Counted from the stretch's first letter, positions 24,333-34,850 are shown. The stretch is 64,000 bases of DNA from an uncultured Gemmataceae bacterium (GCA_963750165.1 CAVVPN010000003.1:2304001-2368000); one strand, 5' to 3'. The notes: a model not told the origin generated them from the letters alone. Numbers and translations: made by a program.

Positions 24333-27300
24333 CTAGGTGGTGGGGAGGGCCGGCTCCGGCACCTGGTTGCGGCGGAACGCCTCGGCCAGCGCCGCGTCCT
24401 GGACGCATTCGTAACCGTGGATGCGAGCCACTGGACTACCAGCACCGTCCACAAAATCGATGTCCGCCAGGGCGCGGTGCGGCTGCTGCTGCGTCACACG
24501 GGCCACGACGCGAACACCGCTGCGCGGGAACGTGCGGCGATACTGGCGGTACTCACCAATGAAGCACGGCAAGGACGGGACGCCGTGCGTCGCCCGACTC
24601 CAGAGGATCAGCAGCTGGAAGGCGCTGTCCAGTGCCAGCGGGTTCGCCAGCCAGTGCGGCCGCAGCGGTTGCCGAATCCAGCCGGCCGGGCTGGGGCCGG
24701 TCGCGACGTGGCCGACGATCCCTTCCGGCGAACAGCCCTCCACCAGCTCGACGCCCTGCAGGTCGGGGCCGTGAAACAGCAGGGCCGGATACAGGTCGCC
24801 AGGGCCGTGTGGGTAGGGCCGGGTCGTCACGCTCAACAGGCCAGCGCGGGCGGCGGGCAGCTGCGGGGCCAGCACCAGCTCGGCCCGAGCGTGCAGCACG
24901 TCGCGGCCGTGGGCGTCGGTGCCGCGCAGCTCCGTGGACACCAGCGTCAGGCTGTCGCGCTGCGTGGCGGGACCGGCCAGCACACGCACCAGCGGCGGAC
25001 GCTCTGGCTTCACCTTGACGCCCTTGAGGACGCGCAGTTCATTGAACCCGTGGAACACCAAACCCGGTTGGCCGTGCAGCGCCGCGTGCGCCAGCCACTC
25101 GACCATCAGCGCCACCGGCACGACGGCGCGGTGGTCGAGCACGTGCGACCGCAGCACCGGGAACTGTTCCAGCGTCAGCTGCCGCTCGAATACGGGCGTG
25201 AGCGCTGGCGGAGCCGGCGGGGCGGCGGCTGCCGACTGCGAGCCTGGCCCCAGCACCACGACCTCCACCGGGCCACCGGCCTGCCGCAGTTCGCGGACGA
25301 AATACACAGCGCCGGCACGCAGCGGGATGACGCCGACGCCCTCCGCGGCGAAGACGCGCTTCAGCGCTGGCGTGACCATGCCGCCGTCCCACGGCCCCCA
25401 GTTGAACGCCATAACGCGGCAGCCCGGCCGCAGCGCCGCCTGCTGCCACGCGGTCTTGTTCAGCACCTCGTTGGCGATGGCATAATCCACCTGCCCCGTC
25501 CGCCCGAAGCGGCCTGTGGACGACGAGAACAGCGCCAGGACGCGCAGGTCCGCCGGCAGCGCCACCAGCAGGTTTTGCAGCCCCTCGACCTTCGTGTCGT
25601 ACACCTGGCGGAATTGTTCCGCCGTTTTGTCCTCAATGCGGCGATCCGCGAGCACGCCGGCGCCGTGGACCAGGCCGCGCACCGGGCCGAGCGTGCGTGC
25701 GACCTCGGCCAGCGTCGCCCGCACCGCCGCGGCGTCGCGCACGTCCACCCGTCGGTACTCCGCCCGCACCCCGGCCTGGCGGATGCGCTGCAGCGTGCGG
25801 AGGGCATCGCGGTTGGCCAGCACGCACTGACAGCGCTCCTGCAATTCCTTCGGCGCCGCCTGGCCGCTCGCCTGGTCGAACAGCGCCCGCTTGATGTCGG
25901 CCTCGTCCGTCAAGCCCCGCAGCCAGTCGGGCTCGGCGGCCGGCGCCGGGCTGCGGCCCAGCAGCACCAGCGTCGCCGCGAACTCCTCGGCCAGCGCCAC
26001 CGCGACCTCCGCGGTCACGCCGCGGGCTCCCCCGCTGACGACCACCACGTCGCCGCGCGCTAGCGGTGCCGCTCCGCCGGACAGCGGCGTTTCCTGGAGT
26101 GCCAGGGTCCAACGGCCGCCGGGCGTCAGACCGACTTCCAGCGGACCAAACTGGAGCAGCTCATCGACCACCGCGAAGGCCGCCTCTTCCGCGTCGCTCC
26201 AGTCGGCGGCCACGTCCAGCGCCTTGCACTGGACCTCGGGCCATTCGTGGTGCGCGGTCTTGACCAGGCCAGCCAGGCCGCCAGCCGTGGGATCGCCCTG
26301 CCAGCGCCCGGACAGGCCGAACACCCCGTCCAGCCGCGCGACGCTCGCCAGCACGGCGCCGCCCGCTTTGCCGCCCTGCCGCAGGGCGCCGGCGGTGCGC
26401 TGCACCAGGGATAGGGCGTCCCACAACCCGCGTGCTTCCAGTGGCTCGCCCGGCGCCAGCAGCACCAGGCCGGCCAGCGCCGCCGGCACGACCGCCGCGC
26501 CCCACTCAGCGCGGTCCAGCAAGCGCGGCCGGAAGCCGAGCGCGCCCAGCCGCTGCACGACCTGCGCCGCCAGGGCGGTGCCGTCGTCGGTGACCCAGAT
26601 TTCGCCGTCCGCCTCCAGGCGCAGATCGGAGCGGCGCTGCTGCTCGTCCAGTGGCACGCGGCCCAGCACCCAGCGCTGCACCGGCTCTTCGGTCGGCTCG
26701 GGGACGGCGGCCTCTTGCCGTGGGGCAGGCTGGAAAGCCTGCCCCACGAGGAAGTCGGCGACCTGGCGGAGCGTGCGCAGCGTGCCGAGATGCTCAGCCT
26801 TGACCGGCGGGGCCTCCGGCAGCCGCTCCTGCAGGGCGGTGAAAATCTCCACGCGCTTGATCGAGTCAATGCCCAGATCCGCGTCCAGCTCCAGGTCCAG
26901 CTCCAGCGCCTCCGCCGGATAGCCCGTCTTCTCCGAGACTACTTCTCGCAACACCTGTGCGGTCTCGCCGTCCGGTCGTGGGGCAGACATTCCTGTCTGC
27001 CGGTCTTCGGCAGACAGGAATGTCTGCCCCACGTTGGGGTTGGCAGGCTGGAAAGCCTGCCCCACGAGGAAGTCGGCGACCTGGCGGAGCGTGCGCAGCG
27101 TGCCGAGATGCTCGGCCTTGACCGGCGGGGCCTCCGGCAGCCGCTCCTGCAGGGCGGTGAAAATCTCCACGCGCTTGATCGAGTCAATGCCCAGATCCGC
27201 GTCCAGCTCCAGGTCCAGCTCCAGCGCCTCCGCCGGATAGCCCGTCTTCTCCGACACCACCGCCCGCAGCACCGCGGTGTGGCGGTCGGAATTCACTGGC

Positions 27301-30300
27301 GGCGCGACCGGCGCCGGCGGCTGCGGCACCGGGGCCGAGACGGGAACCTGAACGGCGTGGACAGGCGGCGCGTAATGCTGGCCGTTGGTTGCGGGCGCCG
27401 GCAGTGCCGGGATCAGCGGGGGCAGCGGGGCACCGCCGACGTGCAGGTGCAGCAGGCGCTGCTGTTGCTCCAGCAACCCCTGGAACACCTGTAGCGTGCG
27501 GTCCTGGCCGTCGAGGAACTGGCGGTGCAACTGGGCGGTCTGTTCGCCCAGGCGCTGCAGCGCCAGCAAATTTTCCTGCGTGATTCGCAGGGCGTCGCCC
27601 AGTGCGCCAGGGGGGCGGCCGCCGGCACCGGTGCCGGCGGGGACGGAACGTGCTGACCGTTGCCGGGGGCGGGCGGCACCGGGGTCGATTTGGGCTGCTT
27701 CGGCGTCACGTAGTTGGCTCCGCAAATCGGCACCGTCAGCGCCGGCTTCTTTTCGGGCCGGGCCGACTCCGTTTCCTCCCGTTCGTTCCAGCGCGACAGC
27801 CGCACCGGCTGCCCGGCCACGGCCAGTTGCGCCAGCGCCCGGGCCAGGTCGGCCATCCCGCTGCGCTGGCCGGCGGAGGCGTCCACGGCCAGCGCCTCGT
27901 GTTCGCGGCCGGCGAGGATCGCGCCGACCAGGCCGGTCAACTTGTTGCCAGGGCCGACTTCCAAAAACGTCCGCACGCCGGCGTGGTACAGGTTCTCGAT
28001 TTCCTCGACGAACGCCACCGGCTCCGCCAGCTGGCCGGCCAGCAGCCGCCGCGCCGCCGCCGCGTCCACCGGGTACGGCTGCGCGGTGGTGTTGGCGAAC
28101 ACCGGCGCGGTCGCGGGCCGGAACTCGACCGCTTCCAGGGCGGCGGCGAAGGGCTGGCGCACGCCGGCGACCAGCGGGCTGTGGAACGCGGCCGATACCG
28201 CCAGTCGGCGGCACGTCAGGCCCTGCTGTGCGAAGGCCGCCGCGGCCCGGTCGATCTCGGCGGCGCGGCCGGACAGCACGGACTGGTTCGGGGCGTTGCG
28301 GTTGGCAATCGTCAGGTCCAGGCACTCCGCCCGCACAACCGCTTCGATGCGGCCCAGCGGCGCGGTCACGGCCAGCATGGCGCCGCCATCCCCGGCGACC
28401 TCCGCCATCAGCCGGCCGCGCAGCCGCGACAGCCGGTGCAGGTCGGCAGCGGTGATGCAACCGGCGGCGCACAGGGCCACCAGCTCGCCGTAGCTGTGAC
28501 CGGCGAACGCGGCCGGTTGCAGGCCGAACAGCTCCAGCACCCGCAGGGCCGCGAGACCGACAGCGCCAGGGCGGGCTGGGCCACGTCGGTGGCGCGCAAC
28601 CTGGCGGCGTCCTGGTCGCGGTCCTCGTCGCGGAAGGCGGGTGGCGGGTAGATGCGGTCGCTGAGTCGGCCAGCGTCGAACCCGGCGTCCGCCTCGGCGA
28701 GCACCTGCTGCGCCTGCGGAAAGCGACACGCCAGATCGCGGAGCATGCCGATATATTGCGATCCCTGGCCCGGGAACAGCAGCGCCAGCGTGCCGGCCGT
28801 GGCGCCGGCGCCGTAGTAAATGCCTTCGGGACTACGCGCGCACTGCGCCTGCAGCGCGCCAGCAGCCGCGGTACGGCGAAGCGCTCGCGCTCCAGCACCA
28901 GCACCAGCCGGTGCGCCGCGCCGGCGCGAACTCGGCTCGCGTCCTGGCCGCCGCCCGGCACAACTCGTCCCAGGGCCGATCCACGCTCAGCCAGGTTTCG
29001 GCGGCGGCGAACACGGCGGCGCGGTCGTCCGCGGCGAACGCGGCAATCTGCACGTTATCGTCCCAGTCAATTTCCGGCTTTTCGGAGCGGTATTCTTCGA
29101 GGACGCAGTGAAAATTGCTGCCGCCGAAGCCGAACGCGCTGACCGCCGCGCGGCGCGGGTGTCCGGGCGCGGCAGCCAGGGCCGCTTGACCGTGTTGACG
29201 TAGAACGGCAGCCGTCGCGTCGCCAGGTCGCCGGCCGGTTGCGTCACCTTGATGGTCGGCGGCAGCACCTTGTGATGCAGTGCCAGTGCCGCCTTGATGA
29301 GCCCGGCGGCCCCGGCGGCGGCCTTGGTGTGGCCGATCTGCGACTTCACCGATCCCAAAGCGCACCAGGAACCGCCCTCGCTGGCGCTTTGCGCTGGTGG
29401 GACGGCGCTCGCATACACTTCCGTCAGCGCCGCCAACTCCGCGGCGTCGCCGGCGCGGGTGCCGGTGCCGTGCGCCTCAACCAGTTCAATCGTGTCCGGC
29501 GTCACACCCGCCAGCCGGTACGCCTGTCGCAGCGCCTGCACCTGGCCGGCCGGACTCGGGGCGTAGATGGCGTGGCCCTTGCCGTCGCTGCTCGTGCCGA
29601 CGCCGCGGATCACCGCGTAAATGCGGTCGCCATCGCGCTCCGCGTCCGCCAGCCGCTTCAACACCACACAGCCCAGCCCCTCGCCCAGGATGGTGCCGTC
29701 GGCGCCGGTGTCGAACGGCCGCGCGTCGCCGGTCGGCGACAGCGCCGGCGTCTTGCTGAAACACATGTACATGAAAATATCATTGAACGTGTCCATGCCG
29801 CCCGACAGCGCCAGGTCGCAGCGGCCCGCGGCCAGTTCCAGCAGCGCCAGGTGCAACGCGCTCAGCGAACTGGCGCAGGCCGCGTCCACGACGCAGTTGG
29901 TGCCGCCCAGGTCCAGGCGGTTGGCGATGCGGCCCGCGACCACGTTGCCCAGCAGGCCCGGAAACGAGTCCTCCTGCCAGCCGACGTAGGAGTCGGCGAT
30001 GCGCCGCACCACCTCCTCCGCCACGTCCGGGGCCACGCCCGCCGCGCGCAGCGCCTGCCGCCACTTCGGGTGGCCGAGCCGGGCGCCGAGCGGAATCACC
30101 AGCTCCAGTGTGCCGGTGACGCCGAGGATGACGCTGACGCGCTTGCGGTCGAAGTCGCGGCCGGGGCCATAGCCCGCATCCGCCAGCGCCTGCCGGGCCG
30201 CCAGCAGGCCGAGCAGCTGCGTCGTGTCGGTCGCCTCCAGCGCGTTGGGGGTGATGCCGAAGTCCAGCGGCGGGAAGTCCACCGGGCCCAGAAAGCCGCC

Positions 30301-30546
30301 GCGGTGCGCGTAGGTGTGGTCGGGGGTTTTCGGGTCGCGGTCGAAGTAGTCGTCGGGCCGCCAGTGCGTGGGCGGCACTTCGGTGATGGCGTCCACGCCG
30401 TTCTGCAGGTTGGCCCAGAAGCGGCGCAGGCTGTCGGCCTGCGGGAACAGGCAGCCGATGCCGATGACCGCGGCGGGACAGGCTTCCAGTGGACCGGAGA
30501 GGCCGGACAGGCTGGAAGCTGGTCCCACGGTTGGCGTCTCATTCAT
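24333..30546 (-). CDS. pfaA: PUFA synthase PfaA/Pfa2-like (KS-MAT-2xACP-KR-DH); about 5 frameshifts (~29163, ~28920, ~28850, ~28565, ~27605)
   Basis: KS: VVDAACASSL, EAHGTGT, SVKSQIGHTKAAAG, SAFGFGGSNFH; MAT: LFPGQGSQY, AGHSYGE, SAAFHS; 2x LGIDSIKRVEI ACP; KR: SGGARGVTA, YAIANEVL, WGPWDGGMV; DH: HVLDHRAVVP, LFHGP, LDSAFQ. Confidence 0.88.
26724..27254. repeat. near-identical 213-bp tandem ACP-domain duplication (26724-26936 / 27042-27254) with REP elements in the linker
   Basis: Offset 318 bp, one synonymous mismatch seen; linker contains cgtggggcagacattcctgtctgcc...ggcagacaggaatgtctgccccacg (26977-27033). Confidence 0.9.
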
Positions 30547-30563
30547 CTGATCGCAGCGTCCTG

Positions 30564-30695
30564 GGTTGCGTCAACGTGGGTGTGTCCACCCCGGCGGGCC
30601 TGGCGCACGGGTTGTGGGGCTGGCGGCGCCCATCTCATCACGATACAAACGGCCGGCGGATTGTCCAGAACAAAGTGCTTTGTGCGGCAAAGGTT
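30564..30695 (-). promoter_or_regulatory. putative pfaA promoter/leader, a diverged copy of the pfaD upstream region, with an ACAAAG-N2-CTTTGT dyad
   Basis: Core gattgtccagaacaaagtgctttgtgcggcaaaggtt (30659-30695) matches 34355-34391 at 36/37 positions. Confidence 0.65.
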
Positions 30696-30814
30696 ACGAA
30701 AGGTGCGCACGGCCGGCCCATTTTCTTCCGAACTAACGGGCTGCTCCTGGTTCATTGCGGGGATTGTTCTCCGCTTCGGGAAAGGTTAGCATGAGGGGGA
30801 GAAGGAGGAAGAAC

Positions 30815-31129
30815 ATGATCCTCAACACCGCCGACCAACTCAGTCTGGAGCAAGAGTTCCGGACCCTGGCCCAGCAATGGAAAGAGGCCTGTGGGTTGTT
30901 GTCTTCCACCACGGCGATGGTTTCGCACCCCGCCTATCAGGCCATCATTGCGTTGGGCCAACCCGCCGTGCCGCTGCTCCTGGCGGAGTTGGCCAGGGAA
31001 CCCGTCCACTGGTTTGAAGCGCTCAAGGCCATCACGGGGGAAGACCCGGTCGCGCCGCGGGACTGGGGCAACATCCCGGCCATGGCCGCCGCCTGGGTGG
31101 CCTGGGGCCGGAGCCGCCACCTGGTTTAG
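30815..31129 (+). CDS. small HEAT-like hypothetical protein (putative antitoxin/immunity partner)
   Basis: RBS aaggagg; FRTLAQQWKEAC..HPAYQAIIALGQPAVPLLLAEL..HWFEALKAITGEDPV..AWVAWG. Confidence 0.75.
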   Translation: MILNTADQLSLEQEFRTLAQQWKEACGLLSSTTAMVSHPAYQAIIALGQPAVPLLLAELAREPVHWFEALKAITGEDPVAPRDWGNIPAMAAAWVAWGRSRHLV

Positions 31130-31139
31130 GGGGCACCGC

Positions 31140-31581
31140 ATGTCCACCCCCTTACACGAGGCCGCGCGGGCCGCCTTGCCGAACCTGACCGCGGACAATT
31201 ACCGGATCACCAGCCCCACAAGCTGGGAATACAACTGCATTGCCTGGGCGGTCGGCATCACCACGGCCTGGTGGTGGCCGGTGCCGGGCCGGTTCTGGCC
31301 ACCTGGGGTGCCGCGAAGAAACCCTGGAAGCGTTCCTGGCTGCCTTCGCCACACAGGGCTTCTCCCACTGCGCGACGGCAGACAGGGAGCCGGGTTTGGA
31401 GAAGATTGCGCTTTACGCCCAGGGAACCGTTCCCACTCACGGGGCGCGACAACTTGCTGACGGTTGGTGGACCAGCAAATTGGGGCCAAGCATCGACATC
31501 GAACACGCCGACTTGGGGGGTGTGGCGGGGGGCGTCTACGGAGAGCCAGTAGCATACTTGTGCCGGGAGTCCGCCACCTGA
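31140..31581 (+). CDS. putative papain-fold/cysteine hydrolase toxin-like protein (DUF7689-like, tentative); frameshift near 31315
   Basis: YRITSPTSWEYNCIAWA, then EKIALYA..PTHGARQ..WTSKLG..IEH..YGEPV in the shifted frame. Confidence 0.65.
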
Positions 31582-31771
31582 GCAACGCTGGGAACGTGGC
31601 TGCCGAGCATCGCCCCACTGGCGGCGCGGAGGAACTCCGGCCATCCTTCGCGCGGTACGCGGGCGGCCATCCTGTTGGGTTTTCCGGACAGGATACGCGC
31701 GGCGCGGTTGCTGATGTGGGTGAACCGCAGCGCGGACACCGTGTCAGTAAAATGACTGAAAGGAGGTCACA

Positions 31772-32476
31772 ATGAAGCCATGTTCCCTGTGCGGGCAACC
31801 AATCCTCGACAATCCCTCCGACCCTCTTGACCGTGAGACGGATGAGCACGTACCTGCCAAGCAGTTCTACCCTCACCAGCTCCGCTCTCAAATCCGCAAG
31901 CAATTGTGGAAGGTTCCGTCTCATGAGCGGTGCAACGCCAGCTACAAACCGGACGAGGAGTATTTTTACCATCGCCTTGCTGGCCTGGTGGGCGTCCAAA
32001 ACCAACACATGGGCCAGGAAGTCTTTGCCGATCTCAGGAGACGAGCGAAGAAGCCGCAGTCGAAGGTACTCATCCGGCAGGTGCTCAAGGAAGCCCGGAA
32101 CACAAGTCCAGGCGGCATTATCCTCCCCCCAGGCCACCTTTGGGTTTCTTACGACGTGGTCCGCATCCAGAACGTTGCCTGCAAGGTGGCGCAGTGCCTC
32201 TTCTACAAAGACCACGGCAAGCACATGCCCAAAAAGAACTGCGTACACATCGAACTTTGTGAGAATTTTGAAGACTTGCAGCCTGTTTTTATGCTGTTAT
32301 TGCGTCACACTCAGCCACAATCTGTCTACACCAACGTCTTCCAATACTGGTACTTCGACGTGGAAGGCCAGCACCATTACGCCCTGCTTTTCTGGGAGGC
32401 GTTCATGTTCTGCCTGATCTTTGAGAACCCAGCCACCTCCCCTGACGCAACCGCTTCCCCACCATCACCAGGCTGA
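31772..32476 (+). CDS. HNH-like endonuclease domain protein
   Basis: Strong RBS gaaaggagg; CSLCG...TDEHVPAK...VPSHERCNASYKPDEEYF; lower GC. Confidence 0.7.
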   Translation: MKPCSLCGQPILDNPSDPLDRETDEHVPAKQFYPHQLRSQIRKQLWKVPSHERCNASYKPDEEYFYHRLAGLVGVQNQHMGQEVFADLRRRAKKPQSKVLIRQVLKEARNTSPGGIILPPGHLWVSYDVVRIQNVACKVAQCLFYKDHGKHMPKKNCVHIELCENFEDLQPVFMLLLRHTQPQSVYTNVFQYWYFDVEGQHHYALLFWEAFMFCLIFENPATSPDATASPPSPG

Positions 32477-32662
32477 AAAACGGGAGGCAGAAAGGGGGCG
32501 GGAACGGACGAGGCGCCATGGACAGAGCAAACGGAAACCCAGTTGGTGCTGAAACATTGTGCCTACCGGCGGATATTCTTGAAATGACGGGACGAGTGCG
32601 ATTTGGTCACCCAGGAAGCGTGAGTAACGTCCCATTTTTTCAGCGCACGACCCGCTTGCCCC

Positions 32663-34288
32663 TCAGTGGGCGAGTCGCGCTGCTAGCGTCTCCAGTTCCA
32701 GCGGCGCCACCCGCACCACCTCCGCGGGCAACCGCACTCCCTGGCAGCGCAGCCCCGCGGCCCGCAGCAGCACCGCCGCGCCGTACAGCAGGTTAAGCGC
32801 CACCGTCACCACGCGCCGCTGTCCCGGCTGCTCCAAAAAGGAGCCGCGCACCCACTCGTTGAACGCGCCCATCGCCGGCCCGCACCAGATTTGGTAATCG
32901 AGCTTCCGCGACGGTTCGCCCGCGTTCGCCCAGCGCGACGACTGGCCCAGATACCAGCGGAATACCAGGGCCATTTGATGCTTCGGGTCGCGCGCCGCCC
33001 GCTCCAGCTGGGCCGGGTCGCGCTCGCGGAAGAACGCCTGCGTCTGCCGCCACACCTCGTCGAGTGGCAGCCGAAAAATCGTCTTCTCCAGGGTCGCCCG
33101 CTCCGCCGCGGGGATGTCCTCCAGGCCGTTGCGCGTGCGGTACAGTTCGTAGAGCTTCGCCGCCCGCATGGCGAACAGGGTGCCGCGCTTCAGTACCTGC
33201 ACCTTGACGCCCATCTCGAACATGTCCGCGGCCGGCGCCATGATGGTGTCCGCCTGTTCTGCCTCCGCCAGCATTTGCCGCACCGTGTCCGACGAGCCGG
33301 ACTCGACGCACGCCTGGTTGACCGAGCCGGTGACAATGTAAGCGGCGCCCATCGCGAACGCCGCCGCCGCGGCCGCCGGTGTCGAGATGCCGCCCGCGGC
33401 GCCGACCCGCAGCGGCTGCGCATACTGATACTGCTCCTGGAGGCGGTCGCGCAGGGCCAGCAGCGTCGGCAGCAGCGTCACGGCGGGGCGGTTGTCGGTG
33501 TGACCGGCGGAATCGGCCTCGGCGGTCACGTCCTGGGCCACCGGCACGTGCGCCGCCCACTCCGCTTGCTGGGCCGTGAGCCCCCCCTGAGCGACCAGCT
33601 GCCGCAGCAACGCGGCCGGCGGCGGCGCCATGAACCGGGCGGCGACCTCCACGCGCGACACCTTGGCGACGACGCGATTGGGCGCCACAACACGGCCATC
33701 GGCGGCGCGGTGGATGCCGTGAACACGGTAGGCGACGACGGGCAGCGTCAGATCGAGGTACGCGGACGCTTCCACGAGGCGGACGCCGGCGCGGCGGTAC
33801 AGGTCGGCGACAGCGGCTTCCAGGTGCGGTTCGTTGGGGCTGTGGATCAGGTTGAAGCCGTGCGGCCGCGTGCCCAGCGATTGCTGCAAGCGCTGCACCG
33901 CCTGCTCCACGACCGGCAACGCCAGGCCCGCGGCGCCGAAGAACGCCAGCAGGCCGGCCCGGCCCAGTGCCTCGACCAGCTCAACCGAGGCGATGCCGTT
34001 GGCCATCGCGCCCGCGGCGTAGGCGCAGCGGATGCCGTGGTCGGCGCAGAAGGTGGGGTCGCCGAGGTGTTCGAGGCGGTAGGCCGGCACCAGGACGGCG
34101 CGCGGCGAGGGGCGGGCGTGCGGTTCCAGGACGCGGTCGGGCGGTTCGAGGTGGAACGGCTGCTGCAGGTCGGCCAGGGCGTGCGCCAGCGAGCGGGCGG
34201 TGTCCGCCGGTGCGGTCGGCCGCTCCGCTCCATCGATAACGGCTGCCGCGGCCGGGGCCGCCGGTTGTGTCAACGTGTGTCTGTCCAC
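32663..34288 (-). CDS. pfaD: PUFA synthase enoyl reductase PfaD (FabK/nitronate monooxygenase-like)
   Basis: LGDPTFCADHG, AGAMANGIAS, NLIHSPNEP, VEASAY, AKVSRVEVA, AEADSAGHTDNRP, MAPAADMFEMGVKVQVLKRGTLF, DYQIWCGPAMGAFN. Confidence 0.95.
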   Translation of the reverse strand: MDRHTLTQPAAPAAAAVIDGAERPTAPADTARSLAHALADLQQPFHLEPPDRVLEPHARPSPRAVLVPAYRLEHLGDPTFCADHGIRCAYAAGAMANGIASVELVEALGRAGLLAFFGAAGLALPVVEQAVQRLQQSLGTRPHGFNLIHSPNEPHLEAAVADLYRRAGVRLVEASAYLDLTLPVVAYRVHGIHRAADGRVVAPNRVVAKVSRVEVAARFMAPPPAALLRQLVAQGGLTAQQAEWAAHVPVAQDVTAEADSAGHTDNRPAVTLLPTLLALRDRLQEQYQYAQPLRVGAAGGISTPAAAAAAFAMGAAYIVTGSVNQACVESGSSDTVRQMLAEAEQADTIMAPAADMFEMGVKVQVLKRGTLFAMRAAKLYELYRTRNGLEDIPAAERATLEKTIFRLPLDEVWRQTQAFFRERDPAQLERAARDPKHQMALVFRWYLGQSSRWANAGEPSRKLDYQIWCGPAMGAFNEWVRGSFLEQPGQRRVVTVALNLLYGAAVLLRAAGLRCQGVRLPAEVVRVAPLELETLAARLAH

Positions 34289-34391
34289 CCCTGCCCATCC
34301 CACACGTGGTTGCGGACGCTCTGCTGCATCTCTACACGATACAGACAGGCGAACGATTGTCCACAACAAAGTGCTTTGTGCGGCAAAGGTT
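34263..34391 (-). promoter_or_regulatory. putative pfaD promoter/leader with ACAAAG-N2-CTTTGT dyad
   Basis: Minus strand reads TTGCCG-19 nt (containing the dyad)-GACAAT; duplicated upstream of pfaA. Confidence 0.6.
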
Positions 34392-34418
34392 GCGCCCGGC
34401 GGCGACGCGGGGGGAGCG

Positions 34419-34850
34419 TCAGGCGCTGAGGATGAATTGTTTGCCGGGGCCGTCGAGGATCAGCAGACAATCGCGGAGCACGTTGAGGCCGATCAGGGCG
34501 TCCACCGGGAGCGCTGTGGTTAACTCGGCAACCACGAGATCTGAGTAAACCAGGATGGGGCCGGTGATGGGGTCGGAAATGGTCAGGCTCATCCGGTACA
34601 AATCTATCGGAACTGACCCGCTGGCCGTCTGCGAGGTGCCGGAAATGAACGGCGTCAGCCCGAGGCGCTGAGGCACGTGGGGTGCCACGGTGGTGGCGTC
34701 GGCCCCAGAGTCGATCAGGGCACGAACCTGAACCGGCCGCGGGACGGGCTGTCCCGCTTGCACCAGGGCTGCCGTGTCCGGGCCGTTCAAACCGAACATC
34801 GCCTGGACGATCATGCCGTCCTTGTCGAGCGGGAAACTACTGTGCGGCAT
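34419..34850 (-). CDS. retropepsin-like aspartyl protease
   Basis: VRALIDSGADAT and DALIGLNVL motifs. Confidence 0.8.
   Translation of the reverse strand: MPHSSFPLDKDGMIVQAMFGLNGPDTAALVQAGQPVPRPVQVRALIDSGADATTVAPHVPQRLGLTPFISGTSQTASGSVPIDLYRMSLTISDPITGPILVYSDLVVAELTTALPVDALIGLNVLRDCLLILDGPGKQFILSA

Noticed and set aside
23714..24403. Prophage or integrative element att sites
   Set aside because: The enclosed segment is only ~580 bp with no integrase; kept as a cassette-duplication finding instead
26724..27254. Template/variable repeat pair of a diversity-generating retroelement
   Set aside because: Both copies encode ACP domains, differ at one synonymous site, and there is no RT gene
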